NCBI GenBank assembly: GCA_963830915.1
Contig: CAWHOE010000032.1
Span: 1-61,226 of the forward strand
Source: a candidate division FCPU426 bacterium
Lineage (GTDB): Bacteria; Oederibacteriota; Muellerivitia; Muellerivitales; Muellerivitaceae
DNA length: 61,226 nt
Direction of reading: 5' to 3'
Part shown: one piece after another, positions 18,385-26,990 of the stretch
Layout of the letters: each line of letters starts with the position of its first letter
Numbering within the stretch: the first letter of the stretch is position 1
Position numbers and translations under genes: made by a program
The notes under the pieces: model-generated
The model's input: the letters and a program-made list of their open reading frames with translations, nothing else
Database searches by the model: none
What the model was told of the DNA's origin: nothing

Positions 18385-18944
18385 TTGAATTGATCCATAT
18401 TCGGCCCAAGACCCGCAAGGTCATAGTGGTTAGGGATAGAAACCTTTGACGGCTTCAAGGATTTCGCGCAATAAGCGATAATTGGGTCCCAAAAGGCTTT
18501 GTCTTTTCTCGGATATGAAGCATCAAAGATAAGGATGATCGGGTTATCATCCGGCCCTAAATACAAAGCCCGAACATAAAATATCTCATCCCCTTTATAT
18601 CCAGAAAAAGCGAAGAGCTTTTTATTGAAGGTTTTATAGGTTATTTTCCCGTCCTTATATTCATCCAACCAGGAATGAAATTCTTCCTCCCATGTGTTTA
18701 CGACCAAGTGCTTCCCTTCGGGTCCCAGTTCAACTTTTTTATCCTTGGACTTAAATCCCCTGCCATCGTTGTTATCCGGTTGAAACCCCGGGAACACCAA
18801 TTTTTTAGGATATTTCATCTCGTACTGATATCGAGAGTTGATGTAAGTACCGTATTCCACTTTTCCAGGGGCCAGATCATTACTCCAGCCCATAGAAGTC
18901 GATAAAAAGAAAGCTAACACTGATAGAACCATATAAATTTTCAT
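18381..18944 (-). CDS. Secreted hypothetical protein (paralog of 21271-21810)
   Basis: Signal peptide; 'TYINSRY...YP...PDNNDGR.F.SKD'; overlaps both neighbours. Confidence 0.8.
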   Translation of the reverse strand: MKIYMVLSVLAFFLSTSMGWSNDLAPGKVEYGTYINSRYQYEMKYPKKLVFPGFQPDNNDGRGFKSKDKKVELGPEGKHLVVNTWEEEFHSWLDEYKDGKITYKTFNKKLFAFSGYKGDEIFYVRALYLGPDDNPIILIFDASYPRKDKAFWDPIIAYCAKSLKPSKVSIPNHYDLAGLGPNMDQFK

Positions 18945-19936
18945 TTCAATCCTGACTCATTTTGCTCCTGCCACGCTGTTTGCCAATCAACATCCTTGCC
19001 CTGGACGGTTCGCGTTCCAGCCAATCGGGCCAATATTTTCCCGCCTTCTGTTTTAAGTTCGGCCCTGAAAATATGGGGGGTATAGCAAGGTTCGGCATCC
19101 TTGGGAGTTTTGAATGACTTTTCATCAAAGGGAGCATCCCGGAACACGGGGTCGTTGACGCCTTTGGAGAGGTCCAGGGTTATCAACCCGCAATAAGGAA
19201 TATAGGCTGAACTATCCACATCATCGGGGTTCGTGGACGCGGATTTTTTCCAATAAAGGTCTTCACCTGCGATAAAAAAGGCTTTTTGGCTATCTTCGGA
19301 CCACACTATGTTCGAAAGGATGAAATAGTTCCTCGGATTTCTTCCCCGAGGACGTGGTTTTTCGATCCCCACTTGGTTGCCCATGTCCGCCGGATGATCC
19401 TTCCCGTTCAAGAACTTATGTTTCCAGCCTTGGTCATCCATCGAAATGAGTTCCAACACATGCGAAAGGCGGTGGCTCAATTCGATACCCACACCTGGGA
19501 AATTGATGAACAAAAGATATTTACCGTTCGGTGAGAAGGCTTCGTCCGACATTTCATCGGATTGCAGATCGCCCAGATACTTCCCTTTTTCCAGATCGAA
19601 CCGGCTAAAGAAACCCGTGGCGCGGTCCGCGAACCCCCGTGTGTTGTAAACCGAAAGGAATCTCCCGTTCAAAAGCAGACGCTCTACCCAAAAGTTATCA
19701 CTATCCGTTTTGAATTGGATCTTCCCGCTTTTACCTGTCTTTTTATCCAGAACGTGAAAAGAAACCTTCAGGTTATCGTCATGGTTTTCATTGCGGATCT
19801 CCTGGTGGTCGAACCAGACCTCATAATCGGCGTTGGTAGCTTTGACCCCATCGGTCTTTTGCGTCTGGGCGGTCAATGGCGCGCAGAACAAAAGAAAAAC
19901 TACCGCGAATTGAATTGATCGTTTTATAAATTCCAA
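18941..19936 (-). CDS. Secreted hypothetical protein, beta-propeller-like
   Basis: Signal peptide; 'FSPNGKY', 'WSEDSQK' blade-like motifs; TTG start after GGAGG. Confidence 0.75.
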   Translation of the reverse strand: MEFIKRSIQFAVVFLLFCAPLTAQTQKTDGVKATNADYEVWFDHQEIRNENHDDNLKVSFHVLDKKTGKSGKIQFKTDSDNFWVERLLLNGRFLSVYNTRGFADRATGFFSRFDLEKGKYLGDLQSDEMSDEAFSPNGKYLLFINFPGVGIELSHRLSHVLELISMDDQGWKHKFLNGKDHPADMGNQVGIEKPRPRGRNPRNYFILSNIVWSEDSQKAFFIAGEDLYWKKSASTNPDDVDSSAYIPYCGLITLDLSKGVNDPVFRDAPFDEKSFKTPKDAEPCYTPHIFRAELKTEGGKILARLAGTRTVQGKDVDWQTAWQEQNESGLK

Positions 19937-20022
19937 TTCACTGCCTCCGTAATGCCGACTTTTATTTGATCTTCATCGCCCACAGGCGCGAGTTCTGAAA
20001 TGACGAGGGAATAGGTATTTTT

Positions 20023-20781
20023 TTATTCATTAAATAAGTCCATTTTCCTTCCAGAATACTTACCGTCGTTTATCTCTAAGTATCCGCGAAAAGCGCCATT
20101 GTCGATTTCCCCATTTACCCAAGCATGCCCCCCCATTAAATGGATCAATACCGCTGAACCCTTCTTCTCTACCCAACCGGAACCATCGGGAACATGCAGA
20201 TCGCAAATATCGTCGAAAGCGGCCTGCGGAATGGGAATGGTTACAGAATTTATTTCGAAATGGATGCCAGTGATTATGGAAACAGGACTTTTTTTCATGT
20301 ATTTGAAAGGGTTGTATCGACAACCCCATTTCAATTTACCCTTAAGCGATTTTTCTTTATCAGCCGTTAATTGAGTTAGTGTGATCAAAAGCCGATACCG
20401 TATGGTTTTATCCAATTGATCCTGGATTTCGACCGAATCGAAATAGCATTTGTGATATTTTTCATCGGTATAGAAATCGTAGTAATAAACTTTGCCCAAT
20501 TTGCTCAATAGGAATTGGGAATTGTCCGGGGTGATAAGCGTTTCACCCCCGGTAAAAAGGCCCAGATCATAATACTTTTCTTCATCAGAGGATTTATCAA
20601 CACGAACTTGGAACCTCTCGTTGGTTTTTATAACGTGGGCATTCAGTTGTGCGAAGTTTTCAGCTGAAGAATTGGAACCTGAAGAATGCACATGAACCAA
20701 GGGGAGAAAAAAGGCAACCATACCAACCGCCATTGATATTAAGCCGCGATTAAATATTTTTTTCATATCCGGCATGCTCAC
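20023..20781 (-). CDS. Secreted or membrane-anchored hypothetical protein
   Basis: N-terminal hydrophobic segment, 252 aa. Confidence 0.7.
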   Translation of the reverse strand: MSMPDMKKIFNRGLISMAVGMVAFFLPLVHVHSSGSNSSAENFAQLNAHVIKTNERFQVRVDKSSDEEKYYDLGLFTGGETLITPDNSQFLLSKLGKVYYYDFYTDEKYHKCYFDSVEIQDQLDKTIRYRLLITLTQLTADKEKSLKGKLKWGCRYNPFKYMKKSPVSIITGIHFEINSVTIPIPQAAFDDICDLHVPDGSGWVEKKGSAVLIHLMGGHAWVNGEIDNGAFRGYLEINDGKYSGRKMDLFNE

Positions 20782-20837
20782 TTTCTTTCAATAAACCTAG
20801 TTTATGCCACGGCAATGATTCAATTTTCTTTATTAAG

Positions 20838-21230
20838 TCACGAGCGTTTCCAAAGTAAATACTCTTTTTTTCCGAACCTTAATTCTTTTATATTTTCGTC
20901 AATTTTAATTGGATAAGAGAAATTTCCCGTTTGTCCTTCATTGCAAAAACCAATACTGATCAACACCACCAAAGCCTGCCCTTTGGTTACACATTTAATA
21001 TCATGAACGCAAAAAGAACTTATTTTGCAAAATCCTGAAATTCTTTCCGGTATTTTTGTCTTCGGATTCAAATCCATTTGATAATTCATCACTTCATCGA
21101 ACTCAAGTATTTGGTTACTCGTATTGGAATGGATCCAATATATTCCGTAAGCCAAAACCCCAAGGATCACTAAAGCTATGAATATCCCGATCTTGAGCTT
21201 CATTAGTTTCCTCACATGATTTTTGATCAA
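20838..21230 (-). CDS. Membrane-anchored hypothetical protein
   Basis: N-terminal TM; about 120-130 aa; start uncertain. Confidence 0.7.
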   Translation of the reverse strand: MIKNHVRKLMKLKIGIFIALVILGVLAYGIYWIHSNTSNQILEFDEVMNYQMDLNPKTKIPERISGFCKISSFCVHDIKCVTKGQALVVLISIGFCNEGQTGNFSYPIKIDENIKELRFGKKEYLLWKRS

Positions 21231-21270
21231 TCAATACTGATCTGTTTCGAAACGCTCTTAAGAAATACTT

Positions 21271-21810
21271 TTACTTAAAATCATCCGTTTGCGGCGAATC
21301 CTTCGAGAGCTTCAAGGAATCCGCGCAGGTCGCGGCGATATCATTCCATATTCCCTTATCCTGTCGCGGATACTCGATCTCAAAGGTCAAATAAACCTCG
21401 TTGTTATCTTGGGTGACCGTCATTTCTTTATGGTAAAAGATCTTGTCCCCTCGAAATCCGGAAATGACAAAGGACTTATCTTTAAAAACTTTGTAGGTGA
21501 CCTTAGTGTCCTTCAGTAATTTAAGAGCGTTCTTGTATTCGTCTTTCCAGGTATAGCCCAAGGCGTTGTATTGTCCAACTACCACCATGTGGACTTTCTT
21601 ATCCTTGGAATAGAAGTTCCGACCGTCATTGTTATCCGGCGGTGGCTCTGGAGCGACCAAATGTCTGGGAAATTTCACTTCGAAATGGAACCGAGCGTTG
21701 ACATAAGTCATATAGGTGACTTTTCCCGGAACCTTCTCATCAGCCGTCACAGGACCGACAATCAAAAAGAGGGCAGGAACCATGAACCGCATTACATTTT
21801 TCATTTTCAC
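21271..21810 (-). CDS. Secreted hypothetical protein (paralog of 18381-18944)
   Basis: Signal peptide; 'TYVNARF...FP...PDNNDGRNFYSKD'. Confidence 0.8.
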   Translation of the reverse strand: MKMKNVMRFMVPALFLIVGPVTADEKVPGKVTYMTYVNARFHFEVKFPRHLVAPEPPPDNNDGRNFYSKDKKVHMVVVGQYNALGYTWKDEYKNALKLLKDTKVTYKVFKDKSFVISGFRGDKIFYHKEMTVTQDNNEVYLTFEIEYPRQDKGIWNDIAATCADSLKLSKDSPQTDDFK

Positions 21811-21971
21811 CTCAGGTCATCACTTGGTTAGAAATGGCAACCTCGGAGCTTATTGAAGCCATTATGCTGTAAGGGTGCCTACTAACAAGACGGTAAAAAC
21901 AGGGGTTTATTCCCCTTATTCGTGAGGATGTATGTGGTTTTAGTGAAAAAGGCAGGGAGAGGATATCTATT

Positions 21972-22325
21972 TCAAAGCTTGCGTTCAGCTTTCTTTTCCT
22001 CGGCCAAAAGTTTAGAAATCTTCCCCTTGGTCCCAAGAATCCCACAATTCTTCCGGATTATATCCTTGGTCATAACCACCACCTTGAATTCCTTCAAGAA
22101 AGTTCGGGCAGGACGAACACGGTGGGTTTTTATGTCTTTTTCGGCGGGGACCAGTTTTCGGGCAAGCTTAGTGGAAGGCTCAAGATAAAGCTCAATGGCC
22201 TCGCGAATGTTTTTCATCACTTCTTTTTCCGTATCTCCGTGACTAGTACAGCCTGGAAGTTCGGGACAAAAGGCGGCATAAGACTTGGTTTTTTTGTCGT
22301 ATTTTATAATGACTCGAATTCGCAT
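21972..22325 (-). CDS. hicB: HicB-family antitoxin-like protein with C-terminal extension
   Basis: 'YAAFCPELPGCTSHGDT.KE...NIREAIELYLE'; AGGAG RBS; no adjacent hicA. Confidence 0.8.
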   Translation of the reverse strand: MRIRVIIKYDKKTKSYAAFCPELPGCTSHGDTEKEVMKNIREAIELYLEPSTKLARKLVPAEKDIKTHRVRPARTFLKEFKVVVMTKDIIRKNCGILGTKGKISKLLAEEKKAERKL

Positions 22326-22394
22326 AAATCTCTCCTGAATCCGAACCATTTTATCACAATGACAAAAACACTCGTTAGATTGTGATTTTTGGGA

Positions 22395-23160
22395 TTATTG
22401 GTTTTTGAGGCTGAAGGAGAAAGTAATGACCCCGGATTGCTCGACCTGGGGAAGCTCGGGCGAGAGAGGGTCGAATTCCCATTGGATGAGGGCGTCATAG
22501 ACGACCCGGTCCAGGTCACGGTAGCCGGAAGTCTGGTCCAACTGCAGGTCGTCCTTCAACAATCCGTTGGGCAGAACGGTCAGGCGGAACTTCACGATGG
22601 CTTCCACGCCCTGTTTCTTGGCCCAATCGGGATAAAGCGGGTTCACCTGGCGCTTGATGTTGCGGGCGGCCAGTTCCCCCTCGATGTTGGCGCTCCCGTC
22701 CGGCGTGCCGGCCGGCGCCGATATGGCCCAGCCCGGCGGTGGTCTTGATATTGGCGGACACATCCTTCTTGGACTCGAAACCGATGGGCGCGCTCTTTTC
22801 AAGGCTCTCCAGGTAGGATTCGGCGCGGGCGTTACTGGACCGGGGCTGGGGTTTCAGGGGCTTTTTCACGGCCACTTCGGGCCTTTGGGCGTTATCCAAA
22901 GGCGGGTTGGCCGTCTCGCTTCGGGGGGTGTTGAACTCCCCGCTGGAATGGGCCACCGGCAGTTGGGCGGGCGTTTCCCCGCTGTTGGAGGAGGGTGAGC
23001 CCAGGCCGTTGCCCTGGGACATTTGGCCGATAAGGGTCAGTTCCATCATCAAGGGCGTGCGGGTCAGGAGGAAGGAGTTGTAGAACAGGATCACCGCGAA
23101 CAATAGAAAGGCGTGGAAGAGCGCTGAATAAACGATAGATTTTTGAAATTGCCTATCCAT
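22395..23160 (-). pseudogene. tonB: TonB family energy transducer; frameshift near 22715 (possible sequencing error)
   Basis: N-terminal TM with 'SALFH', Pro/Ser linker; TonB_C 'P.YPDWA..QGVE..V..R.TV...G' in the next frame. Confidence 0.85.
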
Positions 23161-23242
23161 CTGCCCTCCTTTTTCCAGTTAATCTTCCTTGTCCAAGCCA
23201 GAACCTCATCTTGGACAAATTCGTCTTAAGTTTTAGAAACCA

Positions 23243-23836
23243 TTAACCATGAACAATTCCCACTACATACCATTTGGAATCATCCGCTTTTTCAAAAACA
23301 ATAGTCAGAGCTGGCCAAATTTCGCCCTCATATCCTGGATCAATACCGGGAAAATAATATTCAACGGTGATTCCATCAGGATAAATTTCATTAATATTGT
23401 TTTTATAGGGCCCTCTTTGAATATCTCCGTTAAATATAACTTTTGGCGCTTTTGCGAAGTTTCTATCGTAAACAAATTTTTTAAAATAATCGTTAAAAGT
23501 ACAAGTAATCGGATTGGCTGAAGCAGCTTCTGAACCCCAAAAATAATCCGTTTTATTTTCGGAAATGTTTTCTAACTGTTTAGCACTTAAAACAATGTCC
23601 ACTTTGAGATTGACGCCAACATAGGGTGTAAATCGTACACCTTTAAGAGGATGGACAAGCTTGGAAAAGGTCTTGAAATCCTTTTTCTTCAAACAATGGA
23701 TCGTTTCATTAGCACGAAGAGCAATTATTTTTTTTGCTTCAGTTGGTGAAAATGCACTATTAGCAAAAAGATTTATTGGGAAAATAAACCCGTAAATGAA
23801 AAGAAAGAAAATTATTTTCATTTTATTATCCTTCAC
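23243..23836 (-). CDS. Secreted hypothetical protein (AT-rich) inserted between exbD and tonB
   Basis: Signal peptide; 'VHP.KGVRFTPY', 'VEYYFPG.DP.YEG..W..L..VFEK...WY.VGIVH'. Confidence 0.75.
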   Translation of the reverse strand: MKDNKMKIIFFLFIYGFIFPINLFANSAFSPTEAKKIIALRANETIHCLKKKDFKTFSKLVHPLKGVRFTPYVGVNLKVDIVLSAKQLENISENKTDYFWGSEAASANPITCTFNDYFKKFVYDRNFAKAPKVIFNGDIQRGPYKNNINEIYPDGITVEYYFPGIDPGYEGEIWPALTIVFEKADDSKWYVVGIVHG

Positions 23837-24307
23837 TCAGTGCGTTACCGCCGCGGCGTTGACCGGGGCCGGGGCCACTGGAGCCGCGACCGAAGGTTGG
23901 CTATTCCCTATCTCCACCGCAATCCCCATCTTGGTGACTCCGCCCAAATAAGCCTTCGACATGACGCCCGCCACCGTGCCATGCGACACGTTCTTGTCCG
24001 CGTTGATCATGAAAAGCATCGAGGGCTTCTGCTTGACGTAGGTTTCGATCTGCCCCTGCAGTTCATCCAGCGTCACTTCCTTGTCATTCACATAGATACG
24101 ATCCCCCTGGGTGACGGTAATGGTGACCGTCTCTGGCAGGTTGGGCGTGGGCGCCGCCACCTTGGGCAGCTTCACCTGGAAGCTTCCCTGGAACAGGAAC
24201 GGCGTGGTCACCATGAAGATGACCAGCAAGACGAGACACACGTCCGTGAAAGGCACCATGTTGATCTCGGCCATCAGTTTGGTCTTGGGTCTTAGGCTGC
24301 TTTGCAT
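23837..24307 (-). CDS. exbD: ExbD/TolR biopolymer transport protein
   Basis: 'EINMVPFTDVCLVLLVIFMVTTP', 'V.LPK', 'INADK...HG.V'. Confidence 0.9.
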   Translation of the reverse strand: MQSSLRPKTKLMAEINMVPFTDVCLVLLVIFMVTTPFLFQGSFQVKLPKVAAPTPNLPETVTITVTQGDRIYVNDKEVTLDELQGQIETYVKQKPSMLFMINADKNVSHGTVAGVMSKAYLGGVTKMGIAVEIGNSQPSVAAPVAPAPVNAAAVTH

Positions 24308-24309
24308 GA

Positions 24310-24937
24310 TCAGGCCTCGAACCTTTCGGTGATCTCGGAGATGAGGATCTCCCGCTTCCAGGGCGATCTCGTTGAGCTTGGATTGGAACAGGTTGTAGAT
24401 GAATACCGCCGTGATGGCCACGAACAGCCCCGTGGCGGTCGCCACGAGCGCTTCGGCGATGCCCTGGGAAACCACGGCGGCCCCCCCGGCGTTGGCCTGG
24501 GCCAGGTCCTTGAAGGCCTCAATTACCCCCAAAACGGTGCCAAACAGGCCCACAAAGGGGGCGGTGGAGCCGATGGTGGCCAGAAGGGGCAGGCGCTTTT
24601 CCATGCGAAGGAGTTGTACCTTGGCCTCGCGCTCCATGGCCTGGGTGATATCGATCTTCTCGGCCCGGGCCTTCAACCCCGCCCGGACCACCTTGGCCAA
24701 CAAGGTGCCGTTGCGGTCGCAGGCTTCCAGACATTCCTGGTAGTTCTTCTTGTTCAGGAAGGGTTCCAGACCCGCCAAAACCTCCAGGCGGCCCCGGTAA
24801 TTGTTGCGGTAGAAGGTCCAGCGCTCGTAGAGGACCGCGAAAACCACGATGGACATGAGGATGAGAAGGCCGATGGTCAGGCCGCTGGCCAGGCCGTTAC
24901 GGAAAATGACCGACACCAGAGAAAAGTCGTGCGCCAT
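24310..24937 (-). pseudogene. exbB: ExbB/TolQ/MotA proton channel; an extra G near 24352 fuses it to exbD (probable sequencing error)
   Basis: 'LATIGSTAPFVGLFGTVLGVI..F', 'GIAEALVATA.GL.VAI.A'; removing one G gives ...LEAEILISEITERFEA* just before the exbD ATG. Confidence 0.85.
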
Positions 24938-24983
24938 GAAACCCTCCTGTTATTGTTACCAACTAAACACAAAACGGCTTTTG

Positions 24984-25233
24984 AACCACAGAGTCGCACA
25001 GAGTCACACAGAGTAAGTCAAAACAATCTTTGGTTCCGTCAACACATTAAACAACGGCTTTTGAACCACAAAAACTGTTCACCACAGAGCCACAGAGACA
25101 CAGCTCAAAACAACTGCAATTCCGATTGTGAAATCTAATTCTTTTCAAAGACACGTAGAGTTTTACTGAGTTTTTCAAAACCATTGCTTAATCTTAATCC
25201 TTACTCTGTGTGACTCTGTGCGACTCTGTGGTT
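24984..25233. repeat. CACAGAG-type palindromic element with perfect 34-bp terminal inverted repeats
   Basis: AACCACAGAGTCGCACAGAGTCACACAGAGTAAG (24984-25017) and its exact reverse complement (25200-25233); partial third copy near 25080. Confidence 0.9.
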
Positions 25234-25241
25234 AATCTTCC

Positions 25242-26990
25242 TTAAAAGATAATTTCCACACCTCCACGGATATGGTACTGGGGCTCCAAATATCCCGGCT
25301 GAAGCTCAAAGGCCTGGCCCAACAAGTTATCCCCGTTCAGCCAGAGCGAGAAGGTCTTGGTCCAATGGTACGTGGCGTCCAGGTTCAGGACATTATAGGC
25401 CGGCAAGACCGCCGTGCCCGTCTCATAAGCGTTCCGGCTGGAAACCATCTGCAATTCCAGGCGGGTTTCCAGCACCTCATCCCCCCGGTAAAGGGAAAGG
25501 ATGCCCTTGTTGGTCGGCAGGTTGGTAAGCGACTTGCCGTCCCCACCTATATTGTCAACCTGGGTCCACTCGTAAGTCCCGGCGATCTGCCAATCCCTGG
25601 CGAAACCCCACTGCAAGTTGGCGGCTGCTTTCTTGAGCTGGATCTGGTTGACGGTGGAATAGTACTGGATGAATTCCGGGTTGGAGGGGTCGATGTCCGT
25701 CCATTGGTGGTAATTCCCCACCTGGGCCGTGGAAGCGGAAAGGGACAGCAGGACCCTTTCGTACAGCTTCTGGGTGAACCTGCCGCCGATCTCATTGGTG
25801 AGCTCGGTGGGAGAGGGGAACCCGGCTTCGGGGCTGATATGTTCGGTGTCCATGAAGGCGTTATGGAAAGTCTCCACGTAGCGGTCGTTCTTCCAATAGA
25901 CATCCAACTGACTGCTCTCAAAGACCCGCCACATCAGGTCGGCGATAGGGTAGACCTTCCAGGGCAGGTTGAGCCCGTTGCCGCCCTGGGCTTGCAGTTT
26001 GGCGGTGAGGCTGAGGTTTTCCCCGCTCTTGAGGACCAACTGGGCCCCGACCCATTCCCAATCGTAGTTGGAGGAAAAGGCCAGGTCGGAAGTGGCGTGA
26101 CGGATGCCCGCGTCCATGGCGAAGCGGTTGAGGACAGGCCCCATATCATCCTGGGAATACTTGAGGTCCCCTTCCATTTCCTGGGTCTGATGGCTCAACT
26201 GGAGTTGGTCCCAATAGTTCAGGTTGGTGTTCTCGTAATCCACTTTCAATTGCAGAAGGGTGAGGTTGGATTGCTTCCAATCCAACGTGCCGCCCAGGTT
26301 GAAGCCCAGATGGTCCTCGGGGATGGATTTTTGGTAAGGCAGTTCCGCCTCGACCTGTTGGTACCCGCCTACCAGCCTCAAGTTGAGGGGGGACGCGGGA
26401 GAAATGAGTGTCTCCAGATTGAAACCGTATTTGCGGTCGCCGTCATAGCCCGTGGCCGTCTGTTGCCCGCCCCATTTGGAGTAATAACCCGACACCAGGT
26501 ATTGAATATCTTTCACCTCTTGGCCGAACAAACCCCAGCCTCCGTAAGTACCGGGAACGCCGCCGCCCAGGTGAAGGGCCAGGGCGTAATCTTTCGAGGG
26601 CCCAGCCTCTTCGGTGGAAAGGGCGGTCATGGTCTTGTTCAAGCCCGGCAGGTCGTTTTCAGCCCGGTCAAGACCGGTCAGGTCGTGGCTACCCAGGGTG
26701 ACATCGTTCTCTTTGGTCGCCAACCGGCTGGCGTCGATGGTCAATTCGTTCTCACCCGTGATGACCACTTCCGGTAATGAGAATTCCGGCACGGCGGTGG
26801 GACGGCTTTGTTCCGGCGCCTTTTCCCCTTCGGACTGGGAAGGCTTGGGAGCTTGGGAAACGGAAGCGGCGGCTTCGGTGGGCGCGGCCTCCGGTTTGGA
26901 GATGGTCACCTCATCATCCGCCCAAAGAAGGCAGGGACTGAAAATTAGGGATAGTAGCGTGAGGAGGAGCAGATTATTTTTCATTTTCAT
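25242..26990 (-). CDS. TonB-dependent-receptor-like outer-membrane beta-barrel protein
   Basis: Signal peptide, TonB-box-like 'LPEVVITG', C-terminal 'LPAY.VL.L.A.Y....FSLWL.G.NLL...Y...G', terminal Phe. Confidence 0.75.
   Translation of the reverse strand: MKMKNNLLLLTLLSLIFSPCLLWADDEVTISKPEAAPTEAAASVSQAPKPSQSEGEKAPEQSRPTAVPEFSLPEVVITGENELTIDASRLATKENDVTLGSHDLTGLDRAENDLPGLNKTMTALSTEEAGPSKDYALALHLGGGVPGTYGGWGLFGQEVKDIQYLVSGYYSKWGGQQTATGYDGDRKYGFNLETLISPASPLNLRLVGGYQQVEAELPYQKSIPEDHLGFNLGGTLDWKQSNLTLLQLKVDYENTNLNYWDQLQLSHQTQEMEGDLKYSQDDMGPVLNRFAMDAGIRHATSDLAFSSNYDWEWVGAQLVLKSGENLSLTAKLQAQGGNGLNLPWKVYPIADLMWRVFESSQLDVYWKNDRYVETFHNAFMDTEHISPEAGFPSPTELTNEIGGRFTQKLYERVLLSLSASTAQVGNYHQWTDIDPSNPEFIQYYSTVNQIQLKKAAANLQWGFARDWQIAGTYEWTQVDNIGGDGKSLTNLPTNKGILSLYRGDEVLETRLELQMVSSRNAYETGTAVLPAYNVLNLDATYHWTKTFSLWLNGDNLLGQAFELQPGYLEPQYHIRGGVEIIF

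Noticed and set aside
13900..22349. Integron cassette array
   Set aside because: Genes overlap or abut, and I saw no RYYYAAC...GTTRRRY attC hairpins and no integrase.
23837..24937. Natural ExbB-ExbD fusion protein (366 aa)
   Set aside because: Removing one G from a G-run restores a normal ExbB ending and a separate exbD start.
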